Shown one piece after another: positions 1-9,143 of a stretch of 64,000 nt of DNA. Made by a program: the position numbers and the translations under genes. Origin of the DNA: Dictyostelium discoideum (lineage: Eukaryota); contig CM000152.2 of the NCBI GenBank assembly GCA_000004695.1, positions 384,001 through 448,000 on the forward strand. Reading direction: 5' to 3'. Each line of letters starts with the position of its first letter. The first letter of the stretch is position 1. The notes below the pieces were generated by a model. That model saw nothing but the letters and a program-made list of their open reading frames with translations. It was not told the origin of the DNA and did no database searches.

Positions 1-406
1 GGAAAAAAAAAAAAAAAAGGAAAAAAATATTTTCTGTATTTTAAAATCAAATGTTATTATTATTTAAATATTTAATTTCCTAATACATTCCAATCATTCT
101 TTTTTTTCTTTTTTTTTTTATTAATTAAATTTAATTAATCCAAAAAAATAATAAAAGGAAATAAAAATAAAAACAAATAATCACAATAACCAGGTGCCTT
201 TTCTTTTTTTTTTTTTTTCACAATTTTTTTTTTTTTTTTTTTTTTTTGATCAAATCTGAAAAAACTTTTTATTTCCAAGATATTTAAAAATTAGCTGTTT
301 TCACTGAAATTAAAAAATACAATTTTATTATCATAAAAAAATCTAAAGCAAAAAGGAAAAAAATTAATTCCTATCTTTGAACAAAATTGTTAATCACATG
401 ATATTT

Positions 407-437
<31 letters not shown>

Positions 438-820
438 GTCATTATTTTCATTTACAACTTCAAAAAAAAAAATAAAAAATAAAAATAAAATTGAAAATAA
501 AAAAAAAAAAAAAAAAAAAAAAAAAAGTGAACAGAAAAAAATAAAAAAATTATGGTAAGGCGGAGGTTGTTAAAAACGTGGCTATTTGACTTTTTTTTTT
601 TTTTTTAAAACTAAACCTTTATGCTTGTTTTTTAACATTACATTTTTTTACAATTATGAAAAAAAAAATGATTTCCGAACCATTTTGATAAAGAATATTT
701 TGTTTTGACTTGATTTTATTTTTTCATTTTTTTTTCATTTTGTTTTTTTTTATTTTTTTTTTTATTTTTAAAAAAAAAAAAATCAAAATGTTTCGAGCTT
801 ATTTTATTTTTTTTTTTATT

Positions 821-857
<37 letters not shown>

Positions 858-1353
858 CCTAATCACTTACTTTTTTCTTTTTTTTTTTTATTCAACTCAA
901 CACAACAAAACATATGCATACATATATTGATACATATGGATTTTGGTTGATCTATTAAACAATAAATTTTAGGAATTTTTTTTTTTTTTTCAATTCATAT
1001 TTTTGTTTTCCATATTTGTAAATAATAAAAATAATTATTTTTAGATCACTCAAAATTTTAGCTCTAAAAAAAAAAAATAAATAAACTTTATAATTTTGTA
1101 GATATAAATATTTTTCTTTTTTTTTTTTGTATAAACCCATATTTATATATCCATACCAATCAACAATCAACAATCAACAATTAATTAATAATAATTTATA
1201 AATTATAATTTAAAATTTAAAATTAAATACTTAATAACTAATAATTAATAATTAATAATTAATAATAATAATAAAAATAATTAATTAATAAAAAAAATAA
1301 ATAAAAAAAAAATATAAAATTAAAGTTGTAAAATTAAAAAAATCAAATAAAGA

Positions 1354-3534
1354 ATGTTAAAGTTCGAAGAATTTAAAAGCTTCTCAAAGAAAAATTTCTC
1401 ATTTTTTCAAGAACAATATCAAATTAGTAAAAAAGAATTAATAATCCTTTTAAAATGGTCTATTCCATTAATTGTTTCAAATTTATTAAATAATGTTTCT
1501 TATTTATTCGTAAATTTAATTTTTGTGGTAAGTATTATTTTATTATTATTTTTTTTTTTTTTTTCAACCATCCAAACCACACCACTTTTTTTTCTTCGAT
1601 TCCAATGAAACCTCCTCAAATTTTTGCAGTTTTTTAAAAAAAAAAAAAAAAAAAACCAAGATATTTTGAAAAAAAAAATATCAACACCAAAAAAAAAAAA
1701 TATCTTGTTTTTTAACCACCCACACTCCCCCATTTTTTTTTTTTTTTTCACATTCAAAAAATTTTTCATTTTTTTTTTTATTTAATTATTAATTCTCGAT
1801 TTTTTTGATTTTTTTGATTTTTTTTTTTTCTAAAAATAGGGTAAACAAAGTGCTGATCAATTAGCAGGTGTTGCATTATCAAATACATGGACATATTGCA
1901 CAATGAGTTTAGCTACTGGTTTAGCAAATGCTATGGATACATTAGTATCACAATCATTTGGTGCAAATAATTTAACATTAGTTGGATTGACATTACAAAG
2001 AGCGTCACTTGTATCGAATGCATCATTTTTAATAGTTACAGCATTATGGTGTATAACTGAAAAATTCTTATTATTAGTTGGACAAGATAGTGAAGTATCT
2101 TATTACGCTCAACAATATTCATTATTTTTATTACCAGGACTTTGGTTTTACCTTCAAACAAATGTTTTACAAAAATATTTACAATGTCAAGGTGTAATGT
2201 GGCCATCGATTGTGGTTGGTTTCATTATGAATGCATTCAATGTATTATTTAACTTTTTATTTGTCGGTGAGAATTATGGAGATTTCTCATATAAAGGCGC
2301 GGCATTAGCCACATCAATCTCTAGAATATTGGCGTTTTTCTTAATGTTGGCAGTGATAAAAATTTGGAAACTTCATGAAGAGACTTGGTTTGGATGGAAA
2401 CGAGAATGTCTAAGTTTACAAGGATTTAAAGAGTATCTTAAATTGGGGGGACCAGCATCCATCCAGCATGCCTCGGAAGCCATTGGTTTTGAGGTTTTAA
2501 CGATTTTAGCAGGTTTATTGGGCCCGGGCAAAGTGCCATTGGATGCCCATTCAGTTACATATAATTTCACACAATTGACATACCAATTCCCAAGCGGCAT
2601 TTCCATAGCGACATCAGTGCGTGTCGGTCAATTATTAGGTAGTAAAAATGAGTCAATGGCCAAGAGAGTATCTTGGATGGCATTTGTCATATCATTGATT
2701 TTCATGGGTATAATAGCGATTATTCAATATACTTGCAGACATGTAATTGGCTACATTTACTCAGACTCTGAGGATGTAGTTCAAACAGTTGCTAAAATTT
2801 TACCAATAGCTGCACTCTTTCAAATTTTCGATGGAGGTCAAACCATTTTTCAAGGTGTTGTAAGAGGTATGGGTAGAGTTATCACTGGTGCACTTTGTAA
2901 TTTCATTGCGTTCTATGTGATCTCTATACCCTTATCAGCAGTATTTGCATTTCCTTTAGATAAAGGTGTCGAAGGTTTATGGTGGGGTTTATGTGTTGGT
3001 TTGGTCACAATTTGTGTAATTTTAATTATAATCATTTTCAGAGTCAATTGGACCACTGAAATGGATAGAGCATTTGAAAGAACTAAATCAATGAATATGT
3101 CTCAAGCTGATCTAGAGAATGGTTTAGAATTACAACAAAAACAAATGGCTCAACAAGAAAACAATTGTGGTTCTTCAACTGATGGTGTTAGTACAAGTGA
3201 AGGTTCACCAATAACAACTATTAAAGTTACCACTGAAGCTGTAGTTCAGGAATCATACGATGATGATATAAATGATAAAAATAGTGATAATAATAATAAA
3301 AATAATAAAAAAAATAATAATTCAGATGATGAGGACGACGACGATGAAGATGTTAAATCAAATAAAAAGAGAAGAGGTTATAATAATTATAGAACTTCAA
3401 GTCATCATCAAATGAGAACTAATAGTAATAATAATTTTAGAACAAATAGTCATAATAATTTTAGAACAAATAGTAGTCCTGATTTTAGAAATGAAGTACC
3501 TGATCAATCTGTAAATAGATGTCATCCACAATAA
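1354..3534 (+). CDS. MATE (multidrug and toxin extrusion) family transporter, 2 exons: 1354..1527 and 1840..3534
   Basis: Exon 1 (MLKFEEF...NLIFV) ends at a GTAAGT donor at 1528. A 312-nt AT-rich intron ends at the TAG acceptor at 1838-1839. Exon 2 reads GKQSADQLAGVALSNTWTYCTMSLATGLANAMDTLVSQSFGANN, which is a typical MATE N-terminal signature. Multiple hydrophobic TM segments follow, then a C-terminal N/S/D-rich low-complexity tail. The exon-1 frame (58 codons) joins in phase to the track ORF 1903..3534. Confidence 0.85.
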
Positions 3535-3739
3535 AAAAAAAAAAAAAAAAACTGGAAAAAAAAAAATCAGAAAAAAAAAAAAAAAAAAAAAAATATTGAT
3601 TTTAGATAATCTTTTTTAAAATAAAGTTTACAAAATAATATTTAAACTATTTATTAATTTTTATATATATGTACACTAGAATATTTTTTTATTTATTTTT
3701 ATTTAGATTTTTTTTTAGATTTTTTTTTTTTTATTTTAT

Positions 3740-4320
3740 TTATGGTTGATATTGTGGTTGTTGTTGTTGTGGTTGATAGAATTGTGGTGGTTGTTGTGGA
3801 ACTTGTTGATAAGTTGGATAAGCTCCTTCACTTTGATAAATTGGAATGGTGGCAGGTGGACTTTGTCCAACGCATGATTTTGTGAATTCACATTCATTAT
3901 AATGTTTAACCATCTTGTGAGTATAAAATGCATCAAATAGCCAACCTAAACCAAATACACCTGCTGTAAAGAAATATAAAAAGAATGTACCAACTCTTCC
4001 TAAATATAATCTTTAAATTTATTTTTTTTTAAAAAAAAAAAAAAAATTAATATTTTAAAAATATATTTTTGTGTGTGTGTTTTTATTAAATTAATTAATT
4101 TTTACCTGTGGAAACCTAAAATACCAAAAAAGAACCAAAGTACATAAGCAACGGTCATTGATTTTGGACAATATGATGATGATCTTGATCCATATACAAC
4201 TGGAACTGGTGTAACAATTGGTGTAACTAAAACTGCACCTCCACCATAGTGTCCACTACCATGATGGTGATGATGATGGTGATGACCGCTGCCTCCGTGA
4301 TGATGATGATGATGACCCAT
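3740..4320 (-). CDS. TM2 domain-containing membrane protein with N-terminal poly-His tracts, 2 exons: 4106..4320 and 3740..4010
   Basis: Minus-strand exon 1 reads MGHHHHHHGGSGHHHHHHHHGSGHYGGG...CPKSMTVAYVLWFFFGILGFH and ends at a GTAAAA donor at 4105-4104. The intron is 95 nt. The acceptor is the AG at 4012-4011. Exon 2 continues RLYLGRVGTFFLYFFTAGVFGLGWLFDAFYTHKMVKHYNECEF...QQQPQYQP* with the stop at 3742..3740. The GxHR(F/L)YLG...GxxGxxWxxD pattern matches the TM2 family. The track ORF 3736..3936 is a different, chance-open frame. Confidence 0.75.
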
Positions 4321-5079
4321 TTATATTATATTATATTTTTATTTTATTTTATTTTTATTTTATTTTTATTTTATTTTATTTTTTTATTTTACAATATACT
4401 TTTATTTATTTTATGTATATATATTTTTTTTCTTTGGAAATATAAGAAAAAGAAAAAAAAAAAAAAAAATTTTTAGTGCCTTTTGGTGTGAAAAAAAAAA
4501 AAATAAAAAAAATAAAAAAAATTTAATTCAAAAAAAAATAAAATAAATTTGCGTTATATTGATATCTCAAAAAATCAAAAAATCAAATAATTTATTTTTT
4601 ATTTTTTTTAATTTTTTTTTTTTTTTTGAAAATTTAAAAAAAGGGATCGCAGACTCACATTTTTATTTTTTTTTAATCATTAAGAAATCTGTCATTCTCT
4701 TCACCCAAAAAAACAAACTAAAAAAAAAAAAGAAAGAAATTTCTTTTTTAACCAAAGAATTATTAATAATACCAATAAAACTCGTTAATATTTTTTTTAA
4801 AATGACCAATCTTTAAGTAAAAAAAAAAAATTAAAATAAAATAATTATATAAATATATAATTTAAAACCAAATAATATTTTGTTTTCCTTAAAAAAAAAA
4901 AAAAAAAAAAAAATTAATCGTTGGAAAAAAAATCATTAACTTAAAAATATATCGAAAATCAAACAATAAAAAAAATGGAATTTTAAATGTTTAATTGATT
5001 GTGATATTAAATAAATATTATTTGTTAAAAAATGAAATTATTATTAACAATATTATCAAAATAATGTTATATTGTTTTT

Positions 5080-5403
5080 TTACTCCGTCATTTGGTATTT
5101 TTTCATTTTTTTGTTTGTTTAATTGGTAAATAAATTCATCAGTTGAGTTTGAAAATAAAATATCAATTTTACCATTTTCATAAAAATAAGTATAATTTGT
5201 AAAATTACCAAAACAACGAATAATTTGATCATTTTCAATTGAACAACTTGTAACAGTTGGTAATTCAAAATAAAATTCAGTACGTGTAGTTTGGTTACCA
5301 ATTGAAATTGAAATTTGATTCCTTCCACAACCTTTTGGAATTCGGAAGAGAATATATCATTGGAATTATCAATACCTTTAATAGTTGTATTATAATTATC
5401 CAT
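5080..5403 (-). pseudogene. Small ORF family member (copy A), frameshifted relative to paralog copy B at 7115..7267
   Basis: The N-terminus MDNYNTTIKGIDNSNDIFSSEF aligns at nucleotide level with copy B (MDNTIIKGTASSNQTYTFQIPKGCGKNEISISMGNQITRTE). Copy A is 1 nt short near 5340, so its conserved segment (IPKGCGRNQISISIGNQTTRTEFYFELPTVTSCSIENDQIIRCFGNFTNYTYFYENGKIDILFSNSTDEFIYQLNKQKNEKIPNDGVKKTI*) sits in a different frame from its ATG. Confidence 0.4.
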
Positions 5404-5622
5404 GAATGAAAGAGTTTGTAAACTATTATTATTTATTATTACATTTACATTATATAATGTATAGTTTACAAGTTGACCAAGTACTGATAGTGGTAGTGAT
5501 GGTTGTGATGATTTACAAAGAATGAAATCAATTTGGATAACATTTGATTTTTTACCATTTGCAATTAAATATAAATTTGAATTTTTAAAAGTTTGATTTG
5601 AAGGTGTAAATGATTAAGTTGT

Positions 5623-5922
5623 TTGTTTAATATGGATTCATTTTCATTTAAATTTAATAATAATTATAAAACAAATGAAGTTTATTTAAATGTTTGTATT
5701 GAACTATTACCAATTACTAATATTGTATTAAATTCAACAATTCAAACATTTCAACCAACAATAACAATAAATACATTACAACCTCAATTAAATAGTTCGG
5801 CAGAGCAAGAAAATAAAGAAAATAAAACCAACAGTGACAGTTTTAGTTCAAATGAAAACATATTAAATAAGAAACAAAAAAATGAAAAAATAACAAATGA
5901 CGGAGTAAAAAAAACAATATAA
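5623..5922 (+). CDS. Small hypothetical ORF (99 aa) sharing only its C-terminus/3' flank with copy A via the inverted repeat
   Basis: Track ORF MFNMDSFSFKFNNNYKTNEVYLNVCIELLPITNIVLNSTIQ...KKQKNEKITNDGVKKTI. The last ~14 codons and the downstream ~85 bp lie inside the right IR arm. No recognisable domain. Confidence 0.3.
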   Translation: MFNMDSFSFKFNNNYKTNEVYLNVCIELLPITNIVLNSTIQTFQPTITINTLQPQLNSSAEQENKENKTNSDSFSSNENILNKKQKNEKITNDGVKKTI

Positions 5923-6324
5923 CATTATTTTAATAATATTGTTAATAATAATTTCATTTTTTAACAAATAATATTTATTTAATATCACAATCAATTAAAC
6001 ATTTAAAATTTTATTAAAGTTTTATTTTTATTTTTATCTTTTTTTGATTTAATAAATGCTCATTTATCATTAGTTTTTTTTATTGTTTTTTTTAAAAATA
6101 GATTAGTTGGATGGGACAATGGAATGATTAAAATAAAAAGAAAATAAAAAAAAAAAAAAAAAAATAAAAAAACTTTGGAAAAAAAAAAAAAAAAAAAAAA
6201 AAAGCGAAAAAAAAGTGAAAAAAAAGCGAAAAAAATGTAAAATGAAAAATTTTTGTAAAACCCATAACATGTGCTCAAACAAAATAGCATTTTAGGGCAA
6301 GTTGAATTTATTTTTTAAAGTTAT

Positions 6325-6475
6325 GAAAAGATCTTGCACTCGGATTTCAATCCGATTCATTAGGGATTCCATCTCTAGTGAGTTTAGATTTCGTTTGCAG
6401 AGAAAAAACCTAGGCAGTTTCCACATCTGACTTTTCCTATATAAGAGCCTGATACTATTCACTCAAGCCTATATT
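6325..6475 (+). ncRNA. Candidate small non-coding RNA gene / Pol II-III small-RNA promoter unit (DUSE-like motif + GC-normal island)
   Basis: An ACCCATAA at ~6263-6270 matches the Dictyostelium upstream sequence element consensus CCCA(C/T)AA, which lies ~60 bp upstream of many ncRNA genes. About 60 bp downstream starts a ~150-nt GC-normal segment inside an AT desert (gatcttgcactcggatttcaatccgattcattagggattccatctctagtgagtttagatttcgtttgcagag...) with no ORF. It contains a hairpin-capable cggatttcaatccgattc and a TATATAAGAG box at ~6438, and it ends before a poly-A/T run. I could not match it to U1/U2/U4/U5/U6, 7SL, a tRNA or the Class I RNA motif by eye. Confidence 0.3.
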
Positions 6476-6477
6476 CC

Positions 6478-6513
<36 letters not shown>

Positions 6514-6860
6514 ACCAATTATAAAATAGATAGATTTATTAATTGATTCATTTATTAATTATTATTATTATTACTATTAAAATAATTTAAAACTCAATAA
6601 TATTTTTTTTTTCTAAAAAAAAAAAAAGATTAGTCACTAAAAAAAAAAAAAGTGTGGGTTTAATGATAATTATGAAAATCATATACAACTACTAGTAGAA
6701 ATTAATATTAGTAGTAAATACTATTAGTAAAAATTATAAATAAAATAATTAAATAATCAATTAATTAAAAAAAAAAAAAAAATTCTACAAATAACATATA
6801 TATTTATTTTTAAAAAATAGTTTATGTGATGCCAATTAAATTAAAAAACCCCAAAAAAAA

Positions 6861-7017
6861 AAAAAAATAATAATTACCTTTTGGTGTATAAGATCCATCA
6901 ATTTTGAAATTAAAAAAACAAATAAAAATAAAAATAAAAATATAATTTTCATATTGTAATTGCAATGTTTAGATCTTATACACCAAAAGGTAATTATTAT
7001 TTTTTTTTTTTTTTTTT
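6861..7017. repeat. Perfect palindrome / MITE-like hairpin element (≈45-bp arms, ~75-bp loop)
   Basis: aaaaaaaaaaaaaataataattaccttttggtgtataagatc at 6861..6898 has an exact inverted partner gatcttatacaccaaaaggtaattattatttttttttttt at 6974..7017. The arms end in A/T homopolymers. Confidence 0.8.
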
Positions 7018-7114
7018 TAAAAAAAATTAACTTAAATTTGACACTTTTTTAATTTTTATATTTAGTTATTAATGTAAATGTAATAGATAAAATAGTTTAC
7101 CAACTCTTAAATTG

Positions 7115-7267
7115 ATGGATAATACAATTATTAAAGGTACTGCCAGTTCAAATCAAACATACACTTTCCAAATTCCAAAAGGTTGTGGAAAGAATGAAAT
7201 TTCAATTTCAATGGGTAACCAAATTACACGTACTGAATTGAATTATGAATTACCATGTGAATTTTGA
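7115..7267 (+). CDS. Small ORF family member (copy B), 50 aa, hypothetical
   Basis: ATG at 7115, reads MDNTIIKGTASSNQTYTFQIPKGCGKNEISISMGNQITRTELNYELPCEF*. It is a nucleotide-level paralog of copy A at 5080..5403. It is below the track's ORF size cutoff and its function is unknown. Confidence 0.35.
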   Translation: MDNTIIKGTASSNQTYTFQIPKGCGKNEISISMGNQITRTELNYELPCEF

Positions 7268-7452
7268 AGAATTTAATTTAATTTCACCCACACCATGACC
7301 ACCACCACCACCACCACCGCCACCACCATTACCGAAACACTGTGTCAAAATTAAATAAAATAAAAAATGGATTTAATCATTTATTTTTATTATCTTTTTT
7401 TTTTATTTTTTTATTTTTTTTATTTTTTTTTTATTTTATTTTATTTATTTAT

Positions 7453-8277
7453 TTATTTCTTGGTGGGAAATTGAAAACTGAAAAAAATATTAAAATTAGC
7501 TAATAAACCTGGACAAGCTTGTTTAATTGAAGTTGTATCTAAAGTTTGATTAAAAATGGATTCTTTTTCTAAAAGATTATAAATTTCATAGGATGGTTCT
7601 TGATGTGATTTAATATTTAATTTCTCTAATAATTCAGTTTCGTTATCTTCATAGAAATGGTATCTTCCACCTAATCTTTGTTCAATTAATTCAACTGGTG
7701 TTTTACAATAAATATAAACACTATTATAATTTTCATTATTAATTTCAATAATTTTTTTGATTTCTTTAATTAATTTTTCATTATCATTATTATTATTAAT
7801 AATATTATTATATATAATTGAACTAATTGGAGATCTATGAATAAATATAATATTATTTTTAATTTCATCTTGATTATTATTATTATTATTATTTTTAATT
7901 AATTCAATTGATTGATTTAATGTATTATCAAATGATGATGTGGGTGGTGATGATAATGAATGTTTAAAAAATGAATTTTGAATAGTTTTATAACCAATAT
8001 TTGAAAATCTTTCTAAAAGTTGTTGTTTTCCACTACCACTTGGACCTTCTAAAAAAACAAATAATGGTTTCTTTTGTTCTTTAGATTTCTCTAATGCCTC
8101 TGATAGATTATCTGTTGGTTTCCACCATTCTCTTTCAACTGATCCTTCTTCTCTTATAGATTTTGAATAAAATTTTAATGATGATAAAGATGTTAAAGAT
8201 TCACCAAAAATTTTATTTTTTAAACAAATATTATTAATAGTTGATGATGTAAAATTATGATTTCTAACTAAAAACAT
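7453..8277 (-). CDS. P-loop NTPase, divergent nucleoside/nucleotide-kinase-like protein
   Basis: The ATG is at 8277; the track ORF starts at an upstream TTG. Walker A reads LFVFLEGPSGSGKQQLLERF. Later motifs (IIFIHRSPISSIIY, LIEQRLGGRYHFYEDNE) resemble the ERS and arginine-lid regions of dNK/dCK-type kinases, with a poly-N insert. The family assignment is tentative. Confidence 0.5.
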   Translation of the reverse strand: MFLVRNHNFTSSTINNICLKNKIFGESLTSLSSLKFYSKSIREEGSVEREWWKPTDNLSEALEKSKEQKKPLFVFLEGPSGSGKQQLLERFSNIGYKTIQNSFFKHSLSSPPTSSFDNTLNQSIELIKNNNNNNNQDEIKNNIIFIHRSPISSIIYNNIINNNNDNEKLIKEIKKIIEINNENYNSVYIYCKTPVELIEQRLGGRYHFYEDNETELLEKLNIKSHQEPSYEIYNLLEKESIFNQTLDTTSIKQACPGLLANFNIFFSFQFPTKK

Positions 8278-9078
8278 TTTTATTTTTAAACACAACCCCT
8301 CAACAAGATTACAAAAAAAAAAAAAAAAAAAAATTAAAAAAAAAATTAAAAAAATTTGATCAATTATTTCACTTTTTTTTTTTTTTATGTTTTATAATTT
8401 ATTTGTCCCACCATGTTTTTACAAAAAAAAAAAATAAAATAAAAAAAAAAAAAAATTAATAAAAAAAATTAAAATAATATAGGCTATTTTAGTTTGCAGA
8501 TAATAAAAAATGTGTTTTTTCTTTTATTTTGTATTTTAACTTTTGTAATAACCATTTAAAGTTTTTTTTTTTTTTTTTGGAAAGTGGAAAATGTGGGGTG
8601 AAAATATATACACATAAAAAATTATTGTGGGGGTAATTGTAGTAACTCTAACATTTTCTAAAAATAATTAAAATATTTTATAACTTAAATAATCATTAAA
8701 AAAAAAAAAAATTATCCACACACACTTATATAATAATAATAATATCATCAAAAACATTATCATTAAGAAAAAAAGTTTGAATCTATTGTCTTTTCAAAAA
8801 ATAATAATAATAAATAATAACATCAAAAAATAATATTATCATAAAAAAATAAAAAATTAAAAATTAAATGTTCGGTTTACTTTTAATTTCTTTTTTGTTT
8901 TATTATTATTATTTAATAAAATTAAAAAAAATAAAAAATAAAAAATTACCTAACTTTTTTTTAAAAAAAAAAAAAAATATTATTATTATCAAAAAAATTT
9001 TATTTTAAATATTTATTTATTAATTTATTATTTAATATAAATATTTCTAATATATATATTATATAATAAAACTATATA

Positions 9079-9110
<32 letters not shown>

Positions 9111-9143
9111 TTTTTAATTTTAAAAAAAAAAATAATAATAATT

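Larger units (their letters stand above)
4980..6010. repeat. Inverted duplication: 129-bp inverted repeats (4980..5108 and 5881..6010, ~97% identical) flanking two divergent small ORFs
   Basis: The reverse complement of 5881..6010 matches 4980..5108 almost base for base (...caaatgacggagtaaaaaaaacaatataacattatttt...). Each arm holds the last ~14 codons (KNEKI[P/T]NDGVKKTI*) and the 3' flank of an outward-reading small ORF: minus ORF ~5080..5403 and plus ORF 5623..5922. Confidence 0.8.

Noticed and set aside
3736-3936. Track ORF 3736..3936 (-) as the second exon of the TM2 gene
   Set aside because: Only the other frame joins the exon-1 phase through the AG acceptor at 4012-4011 and reproduces the TM2 consensus (RLYLGRVG...GLGWLFDAFY). 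The track ORF is a chance-open frame in the same DNA.
6325-6475. Assignment of the GC-normal island to U5 snRNA (partial resemblance of tttagatttcgtttgcagag to the U5 ...CUAAAGAUUUCCGUGGAGAG region)
   Set aside because: The invariant U5 loop (GCCUUUUACUAAAG) and Sm site are absent. The similarity is too short to support the call.
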